From the NCBI GenBank assembly GCA_002104905.1, contig MCFE01000070.1, forward strand, positions 62,001-126,000: 64,000 nt of DNA. Direction: 5' to 3'. The position numbers and the translations under genes are program-made. This DNA is from Basidiobolus meristosporus CBS 931.73 (lineage: Eukaryota; Fungi; Basidiobolomycota). Below the pieces are notes generated by a model, which saw nothing but the letters and a program-made list of their open reading frames with translations, ran no database searches and was not told where the DNA came from. Of the stretch, positions 25,724-37,300 are shown piece by piece (position 1 is the first letter of the stretch; each line of letters opens with the position of its first letter).

Positions 25724-26363
25724 CCTCAAAGGTTAGTTGGCTGTCAGTATGGTTTCCTGGGAGTGTCCTGTGGTCTGCAATTGGAAGTTCAGGTGGAAGC
25801 AAAAAGCAGTGAACACACTGATCTACAAGATGGTGTATTGGTAAAAGAGATGATGATATATTGTTGAGGGATTGCCTCCTGCATATACTTTTCTCACTGG
25901 CTAAGCAGCTGCTAATTAAGTTGTTCTAGAAAGTTTTAGAGGCCAATAGAAATCTCAATGAAATCAGAATGAGCCAAGAATATTCTAAGTAGATGCTGGA
26001 AGGTTCTATGAGGCACAGCACATTGAACCAATTGGGGATCAGTATTCTGAGACCTGTGTAACATAGGAATACTACATATGGGCTGAAAATGCCATGGATG
26101 AGAACACTGTTTGATCAAGTGTCATGTGTCCTGGCGGAGGTACTTGCCTAATACAGAAGCACCTATATCTAGTAATCTTACATAAAGTGAGTGAAAATGT
26201 ATACAGTAAATAAGCATATATTGCTGTTAGCCAGCTTGTGGGATAGTACTGATCAAACAAGATAAATGGAATAACACTAAAATACAGGTAGTAGAGAAAT
26301 AGGGAAGTAGATATTATGGGAATGGGCACATCTGCCAGTGGGTATCAATGTGGCCCCATTACA

Positions 26364-26709
26364 TGTAAAAATCTGAGTTTCCACCTAAATATTCACCTAA
26401 CCTGGTCACTTAGATCATTACCTTCAAATCCTAGAGAATTTTGACCAAATTCCTTGTTGGGATTTACTTAAATGTTTTCACCAAAATACCAGTTACCCAG
26501 AACATGAAAATTCTCAAAGCTGTCCAAACAGCTCCAAACTTTGCACACATGTTCTGGGGACGTTCCTTGACCTATTCTATGTGTTTTCTATGCTAAGATT
26601 ATGTAAAAGTATAAATACTACTTTTACATTCAATAAATCATTAAGTGAAAACCACATAATCTACTTTTTGTCCCAAGTCACTTCCAATATCTCCAAGACT
26701 CTTGCAACA
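26364..26709 (+). mobile_element. Copia family B solo LTR
   Basis: Reverse complement of 34506-34854, ending CTCCAAGACTCTTGCAACA. Confidence 0.85.
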
Positions 26710-27344
26710 CCACAGTGTGGTGGCAGAACTACATATTGAATGGCGGACTTTAATAGGGTTACTTGTTGAGTGTGGGGTTGTGAGTAATGTTAGTTTTGGG
26801 TATAGGGACTTGTATAGGTTGATATAATTGGGAATTGGGGTACAACTGAACACTATGAAAAATAACTTGGTCCTGCAGGTGGATCCAATCTGGATCAGTC
26901 ATCAGGATCCCTTTTAGAGACCGTCACAATACCAGCAGCTTGGAATTAGTGACTCTCCTAACAATCTTATGATGGGATCACAATGGCGTTTTGCTAGTTT
27001 TACAACCAAATAAAGGGATAATACATAACAATATTTTATCAGTGCTGTGACAATATGTGCATGTTATTATTGCGGTCTTTTAGCGCTCTATAACTATTTT
27101 AAGCGGATCCAATTGGCCAGGACATCCAATTGCCTTAAATGGCAAGGAACTTGACAGTATGTTGATGGCCTCACTGCAAGACTCTGATGGCATTATATTG
27201 GCAGTATGACAGTCTACTGCCGGTTATGTAAAATGCTACCATATCAAATTACAAAATGATATTTCCAATTTCTACCTCCCCTTGTGCAATTCATATATTC
27301 CACTGTAGAATCACCCCTCTTTATTTGCTTACCCACTACTACCT

Positions 27345-30300
27345 TGGGTATTCCACGTATATTTTAAATCAAAAAAACTATGGCCTCCTGATTACTAACC
27401 ACTACAAATGTGCACACCTGCTGCAATTGACATACTTCTATCACTTCAACTTTATGGCTTTTTAGTGTGATACTTGCAAAGTTGCCATATACCTTGTACT
27501 GCTGGTAACATATACATCTTGCAAACATATGCTTGGTTGTTGCCACTTCTGCGATGAATACCTCCTGAATATCCGCAAAGAACTTCTTGGTATTTGGCCA
27601 ATGTATTCCTTCTCCCTGCTGGACTCTAGTCCCCCTTATAGGTGTGCTTTGGCTTTTGTTTGTGTGAATTCTGTATTAAATGGTGTAGAAGTTGGCTTGT
27701 GACCAAGAGAAATCTGGCATACCTTGGTAGAGTTTTCCTGATAAAAATTAGTTGCTTGTTGCACCCAACCCAACTTTGCATTACTTAACTGATTACCCAC
27801 ACATTGGGGCTGTGTAGCTTCTTAGTGCCATAGGCATAGGTGTCTCCATGTGCACATTTTTCCTCAGTATTTTCCATTTCTTCCTGGCTGTCCTCCATGT
27901 GCCAACTCATTACATCCATTATGGACTTGAAGGTAATACTCTTGATGAAATTGGGATATGGTAGTACCTGCAACTTGACTTGTCTTACTATCTCCCCACA
28001 ATTCTGCTCCATAGGAAACTTCCAAAAGGTGAAGCAAAGCCCAATATTCTCCACACACTGTGCAAGATGGAGTAGAGAATGACTACAGTAGCGGCAGAGA
28101 TCAACATGTTCAGCTTTATGTTGTAGTATAGCCGCTCAAATCCTATCACAAACTCTTCACACAACAGCTGTAGATGCGTCAAGTTGGCACTAGTGGTCTG
28201 CTTCTGGAAAAATATTCCTACAATGTCTACATATGACTCCCAATGCTACCAATGTACTCTTGGTAGGAATGGCTTCAGAACACCACTTGAATAAATACAT
28301 ATCCAGTTCATCCAGTATTTGCATTTTTATTGTCATATATTTGTATGAATACTAATTGAAGCCTGTGAGAAGTACTTAGGGTAAAGGATATTCTGTAATA
28401 TCTTGCCAATTCTTTCAAATGTCTCTGGTATCTCAAAGGGCTCATTAAATTGAAATGTCCCAAGTACAACTTGGTCATCAATATAGGGATATTGTTGAAA
28501 AGCAAATGCATTGCTCCCAGTGGAAAGCTTTTGCTCCAACAGATACCCTCTATCTTGAGTATCTCTGGTTTTTGACTGATTCCATATTCTGGCCAGTGGC
28601 TGATATCTTGCTAACTTTGCTGCAATTGCATGCTGACTTCTGTACATTCTCTCAGTGGAAATATGATGTTCTTAGGGCTGGTGTTGGGGTAATAATAATG
28701 TGTGTGAGTTATGGAGTAAATCCCCTGGATCTCACACATTTGACAGCAATACCATCCATTGTGCCCAGAAAAACCTGCTATCTTGCTGATGGCTGGGGTA
28801 TCTCCAATGCAGATAATAATATGTGCTTTTGCATGACAGCCATTTACTGTTATCTGGTTGGAAAGCATAAAATTCATCCAGCAATGGATATAGGTAGCTA
28901 TCCAGGTTGGATAGTGAATGAGACCCAGATACCAGTGAGACTACCATCTGATTATTACTCTGATACAGTAAGATGGGCAGCAGATTCAGATTGATGGGAA
29001 TCAGTGGCCAGCAGGATTTGCTGGTAGAGTACTTGTTTTATGAGAATCCATCAAGTGCTAAAGCAAAGGCATGGTAATACATACCTTCAAAGTAGCCCTT
29101 GCTTCTTAGCTGTTTGTAATATTTGCCATCAAATATATTGGATATCTTTGCACTTGAATGATACTGAGTGCAGTACTGTATAGCTTTGCAATATTTGTTG
29201 GACAGCATCAGCTTCCTTAGCCAGGGTATGACCAGAATATATCTGGAGTGCAAATGATGTTTTCCCTCAATGGTGGTGGATTCCAGACAACTTGGACATG
29301 TTGCAATGGTAGCATTCTTGGATGTGAATGCCATGCAACTGTTAACACATGCGGGAATTAGGACAGTCTCTGCATCATATGTTGCCAGCTGCATGATGGT
29401 TGTCCACTTGTACCATGTACATGGTAAGTTGCATCCTGGTATGATTTTGGCAAGAAGTAGTAATAAATCCTCAAAGCCCCCATTACTGATATTAGTGGAA
29501 ATGTGCCACTTCTCTAGCCACAACATTACATCACTCACCAGTAGATGGATTACTGGGCCCACTTGGCTCCATAAAGTATCCTTGGCAAATGTCTCAACTG
29601 GTGTTGTCTTATTGCATTTAGGGATTTGACTGGGCACATATGTGGTACTGTTGTTAGGGGAGATAGGCTCAAAATACATCAGTGAACCTTCCTTGTCAGA
29701 GCTATCACTCTGCATGCTATATTCAGAAGGCTGATGAGAGCCTAAAGGCATCACAAACTCACCAGACTAAGTTTGCGCAAGGTGATAAAGATGGCCAGGT
29801 GCCAATACAGAAGTATCAACTGGCCAGCAAGATAATGTTGGTACAGTAGTGACTGGTGAAAGGTCAAATATGACTTGGGTGGCAAAACACTGGCTGTGAT
29901 CCTTTTAATACTTCCTATGCTGTCTGCATGCTTCATGGCTGAGAGGCTTGCCACAATAGCCACATGGTCTTTTTTCTCTTCTCTTATGGTGTTGAGTCAA
30001 AGTAGTCTTGCCCATGGGGCAAACAGTTTGACCTTCAACAACATAACGCTATTATATCACTTTTTGGTCAATACTCAAGTGAACTTAAGACAGTCTGGTA
30101 CTTGAGACATTGCACCTACATGAATGTTGGATTCAATGATGACCCATCATAGAAAGCATTATAAATAAAGTTGTAGCACCACAAATACACATATATGTAA
30201 CACTATTTCCCCCTTTGGTTTGATTCTCTTCCATATATATGCCACCAAAAAACAAAGCAAGGTTGTCTGGTTCCCAACCAAACCCCACCACTGACAGCAA

Positions 30301-33240
30301 CAGATGAGCGGTTGGACAACAGCTTGCTTTGACATTCAGTGCAACAAGCGGGGCTACATCCAAAAAAGGCCCTTTGGACAGTGTGCCCATTGAAGGTAAT
30401 AATGTGAACTCCTCAGGCTCTCAGTCAAGTAGGCAATTGAGAACCTTAGTGAAGCCACAAGCTGACTGTTATGCTAAGGCAGATGACAATGTAGCAAACG
30501 CAGTACCCTCAGTTGAACACCAGCAAGTGGCCATGATAACATCTCCACCACTCATATTAGTAAGTATGTTGTCAGCTCATACCAAAGCATTACTGAAGCA
30601 ATTAGGTGCAGTGGCTGATAGGATAGATGCAATGGCCCAGAGAAGTCAGGAGATAGTCCAGAAACAGGATGAGGCAATAATACGTTGTAGTGGGGTGACA
30701 GTGACACCCACTGACAGATGTGCTCATTCCCTTATTTTCTACTTCCCTATATCCCTACTACACTCATTTTAGTTTTATCCCATTTGTCTTACCCAATCAG
30801 TACTATCCCATAAGCCGGTTGACTATCACACCTGCTTACCTTATTGCACAAGTTACCCCTCACTTTATGTAAGATTACTAGTTACAAGTGCTTCTATATT
30901 AGGCAAGTACCCGCGCCAGTACCCGTGACACATGATCAACCCGTGTCACCATCCCTACCATTTCCATACCATATATGGTATCCCCATGTTACACAGGTTT
31001 CAGAATACTGATTCCTGATTGGTTGGATGTGCTGTGCCTCTTAGAACCTTCCGGCACCTACTTAGAACATTCTTAGGTCATTCTGATGTCATTAAGATTT
31101 CTATTGAACTCCGGAACCTTCTGGAACACCATGATTAGTAATCACTTAGCCAGTGAAGAAAAGTATATAAGGGAGGCTATCCCTCAACAATAAATCATCA
31201 TCCCTTTTATCAATATACCAACTTGTTGATTAGTGTGATCACTGCTACCTGCTGCTACCTGAACTTCCAACCCTAGACCACAGGACACTCCCAGGAAACC
31301 GCGCTGACAGCCAACTGACCTTGGAGGCACTACTTGTGAGGAATACTCAGAGTAGGTATCTTTTATTATATTTGATTCTTTCCCAAGTTTGTTCTTGTAC
31401 AGGCAAAGATACTTTTCTGTCTTTGTAACTATTGACCAAAGCTGCATTCTTATCAAGTCCCTGCTGGTGGAGTTTACAGTTGTTTTGACTTTGGAAGCTT
31501 TAGTACATTGTCATCTCAAAGGACGCTGAACCCAGCACATACTTTTGTTAAGACGCCAACTAAGTTGGGGACTGTAGCTCAATAGTTTTCCCTTGACAAG
31601 CTTGTGGCTTTATTCCCCTTCACATTAGATTAGAGACAGAACCCAAGTATTCCTAGCAAGCTTTTGCCAGAGGTTATCGCACCCAGTGAACACCCCACAC
31701 ACAAAACACTTGAGAAGTGTTGGACGTATCTCTCCCTTGGACTTATACACCACCACAACGTGCAGAGCAATCAATATCCCAGGTAGAGAAAGCAGTATCT
31801 TTACTGCAAAGAAGGAACTCATGTAGCTCAATGTCATAGCCAAGAATTGAGCTATTTCCCAATGTAACAGCAGAGGAACTCCATACAGTCTTTGAAGCAC
31901 AACAACAGTGTCCAAAGATAAAGCCCACAGAAAAACCTATCACAGAGTTGTAGCATCACCTTAAGGCCAGCATACCATGGGACCATCAAAAACTCAAGGC
32001 CAAGCAGAATGCACCTGACTTGTTCCATGAGCATTATCCTGCATTTAAGCAGGCAAACAGATTTTGAGCCAGCATTGGTATGCTGAGAAAGTATCTTAAT
32101 AATAGCAGAAACTATCAAAGGCAAAAGAATATGGGTGCCATGGCTAAAACCTGTGGCCTCCTCAAGAGCCCATTACAAGCAGGGCCAAAAACTCCAGACC
32201 AGCATCAAAGAGACGTCAGGTAGCTGGAAGAGTGTCAATTAGGGACAAGCATGCAGACACAGATGCACCAGCATAACACTTATCAAGGAAAAAGCATAGT
32301 ACTACTCAAGAAGCACCCAGTCAAAGTAGCAATGAAGGACCTGGCAGTGATAAAAACCAGCCGCTTTTACAGGAGCCCATCACAACTGCAGTTGAGAGCC
32401 CAAAACTAGTGGAAAAAATGTCAGGTTGCCAGAAGAGTGCCAGCAAGGGACAAGCAGGCCAAAACAGATGCCTCAGAGCAGAATTTATTCAGGAGAAAAT
32501 GTAGTTCTTTACAAGGAGCACTCAGACAGATTAGCAGTGAAAGACCTGGCAGTGATAAAGAAAAAGGTAAAGGGAAAAATGTCTACCCAAGCCTGAGACA
32601 GGGAGGCATGCAAAAAAAACTGCAGTTCTTGCCAATTAATGCCACAAGCCAGGAACAGACTGAATCCCATCATAGCCAAGAAGAATTACCAACTAGAAAA
32701 CAGCTGTTTTCACAAGAGTTGGAAGCACAGCCAGATGAGCTACACTCTGGCAAGTTAGATGAATTTGCTGCAAAAGGCAATTTGTCTACCACAGCCTCCA
32801 CATCCTCCATTGTTGACAGAGTGGAGATCCCACTGACAAACAAGGCTACAACGTCAAGAGCCTAAAGGACAATCACAATGCCTTCAGTGGAGCTTTGGAA
32901 CATCAATAGGCACACCAAGAGGTTGCAGCACTTCTTCAAGAGCAGTGCTCAAGAAAATGCACTTGAATATTGCGTGGACTTATTGCAAAGACTGTCAGAT
33001 GAGATGCTAGACCTTGCAGTGCCAGCTGAAGACCAGGATGTGTGGGAACCAGTGAATGAACAGTGACTTAAAGCCATTGGGTTCCTTCCAAAGTCATGGA
33101 ACCAGAGCCTTACAGCAGAGATACTGATTGAGTGGTGGATTTTAACAGAGTTACTTGGTGAGTGTGGGGTTGGGCTTAATGTTAGTGTACAATATAGGGA
33201 CTTGTATTGGTCAATACAATTGGCAGTTGAGGTACAACTG
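27345..33240. mobile_element. CACTA/CMC-type DNA transposon copy D2 (decayed), with two divergent ORFs
   Basis: The minus-strand transposase (29038-29754 and downstream frames) shows ACVNSCMAF..CPSC, FDGKYY..L...GYF, ALALDGF, LYPLLDE and GDTPAISKIAGFSGHNG..CQMCEIQG, typical of the tnp2/TnpD DDE core. Plus-strand ORF2 remnants run ~30329-33240. Confidence 0.8.
30686..31757 (+). mobile_element. Family C solo LTR (1072 bp), probably Ty3/Gypsy-derived
   Basis: TGTAGTGG..CCACCACA termini with a 4-bp TSD ACGT (30682-30685, 31758-31761). TATA box ~31163 followed by AATAAA. It splits ORF2 of D2, which is contiguous in D1 (~23050-23090). No internal coding region was seen, so the superfamily is inferred. 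Confidence 0.8.
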
Positions 33241-33937
33241 AAGTTTCAATGGAAATAAATCAATTTGCACGCATGAAAAGTAAGAGAAACGGTTGAGTCA
33301 GGAAGTAAGGAGTGTGAAAAAGAGGCAATAGCCTATCAATGCACACAAATGTAGGAGGCAATAGAGTGTCTGGGATCAGAAAGTGAGCAAATTGGCAGGG
33401 AACCAATCAAAAGCCACTTATGTATTGTTGTAATGAAAAATTTTGACCAAGTTTTTTGTGAAATCTGGGGTGCTATTATTTTTAGCAGTCTCTTGATGGC
33501 GTCCTAATGGGATCAGTACATCTTAGTCATGGGACTTTAGCTTTGTGATGGCCTTTTGGTGGGATCATCTCAATAATTTTTGATAGGGGAAGTTTCAGTG
33601 GAAATAAATCAATTTGTATATATGAAAATTAAGATAATTTGTTGAGTCAGGAAGTAGGGACTGCAAAAAAGAGGCAATAGCAAATTAATGTACACAAACA
33701 TAGGAGGTGATTGAGTGTACAGGATTAGAAAGTGAGAGAGTTGGCAGAGGACCAATTAAAAGCCACTTATTTATTGTTGTGATGAAAAGTTTTGGCCAAG
33801 TTTTTATGAAATTGGGGTGCAATTATTTTTCCACAGTCTTTGCATAGTGTCCTGACAGAATCAGTACCTCTTAGTCACAAGACTTTAATTTTGTGATGGC
33901 CTTTTGATGGGATCATCACAATTGTTTCTCATAAGGA
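33241..33937. repeat. Tandem duplication, two diverged ~349-bp units
   Basis: Units start AAGTTTCAATGGAAATAAATC (33241) and AAGTTTCAGTGGAAATAAATC (33590) and stay alignable throughout. Confidence 0.85.
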
Positions 33938-33938
33938 T

Positions 33939-34322
33939 AATCAGAACTATGGATCTGGTCATATTGTAGCAGTTAAGTGGATTTGTAGATACCTAAAAGG
34001 AACTGCTGATATCTGCTCAAGGTACACTTATGAAGATTCAAAAAAAGATCTTTTGAGATACTCCAATGCAGATTGGGGACAAAATTTAGAAGACAAAAGA
34101 TTCACCACATGATATGCCTATCATTACTGTTAAGGTGCAATTTACTGGAATTCCAGAAAGCAACCAACTGTAGAACTTTCTACCACAGAGGCAGAGTATA
34201 TGGCAAACTGTGAAGCTACAAAAGAAGCAATATGCTAAGAGGCTTTTCAAAAGATTCAGGCATATGTCAGAAAATCCTATTTCTTTATTTCAAGATAATT
34301 AATCTCCAAGACTCTTACAACA
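33939..34322 (+). mobile_element. Copia family B RT/RNaseH fragment plus the last ~20 bp of a 3' LTR
   Basis: Reads NQNYGS..YSNADWGQNLED..SRKQPTVELSTTEAEYMA, then ATCTCCAAGACTCTTACAACA. Confidence 0.8.
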
Positions 34323-37300
34323 CCTTTGTTGGCTATTATTTCTATTAAAGTGCCTTCTTCCTCCTTCTTATTGGTAATTGAGTTTCTTGATTATTCATCT
34401 AGGAGCCTACCATATGTGTAATTAAAGGTCAAATCTCCAGTTCCAGACTCTGGGCTGATGCACAGCCCTAAGCTTGTCTGTTAGGCTATTACAAAGGGTA
34501 ACTATTGTTGTAAGAGTCTTGGAGATATTGGAAGTGATTGGGAGAACAAGTAGATTATGTGGTTATCACTCAATTACTTATTGAATATAAAAGTAGTATT
34601 TATACTTTTACCTAGTCTTGGCATAACAAACACAGAGAATAGATTAAGGAAGGTCCCAAGAATGTGTGTGCAAAGTTTGGGGCTGTTAGAACAACTTTGA
34701 GAATTTTCATGTTCTGGGTACCTGGTATTTTGGTGAAAATATTCTAAGAAAATCCCAACAAGGAATTTGGGCAGTATTCTCTAGGATTTGAAGGTAATGA
34801 TCTAAGTGACTAGGTTAGGTGAATATTTAGGTGGAAATACAAATTTTTACAACACTCCCACTCAGCTAAATGTTCATACTGACTAGTCCTAATTTTGACC
34901 TAGGATATACAAACTTGTCTCTAGCTAATGGTTTGGTAAATATGTCTGCAATCATTTCATCTGTAGGATAGTAAACTAAGCTAACCAAGTTATTCTCTAT
35001 AGCTTCACATATGAAATGATGTCTAATATCTATGTGCTTGGTTATAGCATGAAAAGTTGGATTTCTACCTAATTGTATACATCCTTGATTATCTTGAAAT
35101 AAAGTAATAGGCGTTTTTTGACATAGGCCTAAATCTGTAAAAAGCTTTCTTAACCACATTGCTTCTTTTGTAGCTTCACAGGCTGCCATATACTCTGCCT
35201 CTGTGGTGGAAAGTGCTACAGTTGGTTGCTTTCTTGAATTCCATGAAATTGCTCCTTTATAGTAAAGAAAGGTGTATCCTGTGGTGGATCTTCTGTCTTC
35301 TAAATTTTGTCCCCAATCAGCATCAGAGTATCTCAAAAGATCCTGTTCTGAATCCTTTTAAGTGTATCTTAAGCAGATATCAGCAGTTCCTTTTAGGTAT
35401 CTAAAAATCCGCTTAACTGCTGCAATATGATCAGATCCATAGTTCTGATTATGTTGGCTGACAACTCCCACTGAATATGAGATATCTGGACATGTTCCAA
35501 TCATGATATACATCAGACTGCCAACCATAGACTGATAAGGAAAGTCAGGGCTTTCAGATGGCACCAAGCTCTCTTGATTTAGTTGAGTTTTGACCAAGTT
35601 AAGGTTTGTTTCCATTGGGGTAGCTGCCGGTTTATAGTCTTCCATTTGGTACTTCTTTAGTATATCTTGAATATACTTGGATTGGCTTAGGGTGATAGTC
35701 TGGGTACTTCTGTCTATGGAGAACTTAATCCTTAAGTAGTAATTAAGGTCTCCTAGATTGGACATCTTGAACTCCTTAGATAGGCTGATTTAGTCTCTTC
35801 CAATGTTTCTAGGTTATTGGTGGCTATAATAAGATCATCCACATATAGAGCTAATAGAGCTGGATTTGCTCTATCTGGTTTATGGTATATACAATAGTCA
35901 GCATTACTCCTTTCAAAACTCAAAGATTCCAAATAAGAATCTATCTTGCAATTCCAGGCTCTTGGTGACTGTTTGAGACCATATAGTCACTTTTTAAGCT
36001 TGCAGACCAAATGGGGGTTATCTTGGTCAGCAAACCCATCAGGCTGGTCCATATACATGTCCTCATCAAGTTCTCTATTCAAAAATGCAGTTCTTACATC
36101 CATTTGATGAATAAAAAAACTTACATTTGGCTGCAATAGCCAATATTAATCTGATGGAATTAAACTTGGCTACCAGTGCAAAGGTCTCAGTATAGTCAAG
36201 TCCTTTTGTTGGAGAGTATCTTTTGGCTACAAGTCTTGCTTTGTATCTTTCAATTGATCCATCAGCCTTGTATTCTGTCTTGAAGACCCATCAGCATCCA
36301 ATTGATTTTTGGTTGATTGGTAATTTGATTAAGTCCCAAGTATGATTTTCCATCAGGGCCTGATATTCCTCAGTAATTGCAGATCTCTAAAACTTTGTCT
36401 GAGGGCTATTTAGGGCCTCTTTTACAGTCTGGGGCTCATCAATATGGACTGAATAGGCATAGGCTAAGTTTGTACCCTTGTTGATATAGTAATTTGGGCT
36501 ATTTCTTGTCCAATTGGATCTCTGGGCATTTGATACTTGAATGATCACTTCTGCAATATTCCTGGGTACTGATTCTGACTGAACCACGGTTGTAGAGTCC
36601 TCTGGAGTGAAAAAACTATCATTGTTTTGCTCTGATTCAATACTGACAATTGGTGGACTTGAAATCAAATTTTTGTCATCATCTGATGTCATTTTTTGTG
36701 AAAACTTTGAATTTTCATCAAACAACACATCCCTGGACTTGATCAGCTTCTTTGCTTTGGTATTGTAGAGTCTGTGTGCCTTACTCTCATTGCAGTGGCC
36801 CAAAAATATGTATTTTACACTTTTTGACTCAAATTCTGACTGATTTCCAGCCAGTTTTTTGGCATATACTGTGCACCCAAATATTCTTAGATGTTCTGCA
36901 CTTGGTCTGTATCCATACCATGCTTCAAATGGAGTAGAATCACAAAGTATTCTATTATAACTCTTATTTTTAAGGTATACAGCAGTGGCAACTGATTTTG
37001 CCCAAAAATCATAGGATAATTTTTGATCATGGATCATAGTTCTTGCCATATCAATTATTGATCTGTTAGCATGTTCTGCTACTCCATTTTGCTGTGGGGA
37101 GTATGGTACAGTAGTTGCTTGCTTTATCCCATAAATTTTGCAGAAGTGGTCAAAGAGTTTTGAGGTATATTCTCCACCATTGTCAGAGCATATTTTCTTG
37201 ATTTTTTCACCAGTTTCTCTCTCCACCATGGCTTTAAACTCCCTGAACTTAGACAGAGCTTCTTCCTTTCTCTCTATGAAGTAGACCCATGTGTATCTTG

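Larger units (their letters stand above)
24545..26363 (-). mobile_element. Family C solo LTR, interrupted by MITE M and a family B solo LTR
   Basis: Reverse complement of 30686-31757 once 24937-25331 and 25377-25723 are removed. The boundary is uncertain by ~3 bp. Confidence 0.8.
20540..26850. mobile_element. CACTA/CMC-type DNA transposon copy D1 (decayed; minus-strand transposase, plus-strand ORF2), interrupted by C, M and B insertions
   Basis: Colinear with D2 (27345-33240). Transposase remnants at ~20600-22450 (-) include IGGIPAIGKIACFSWHNG; ORF2 remnants run ~22770-24540 (+). True termini were not resolved. Confidence 0.75.

Noticed and set aside
26851-33849. CACTATG (26851) ... CATAGTG (33843-33849) as the TIRs of D2
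   Set aside because: Complementarity does not extend convincingly beyond 7 bp, the right motif lies inside one tandem unit, and no TSD was found.
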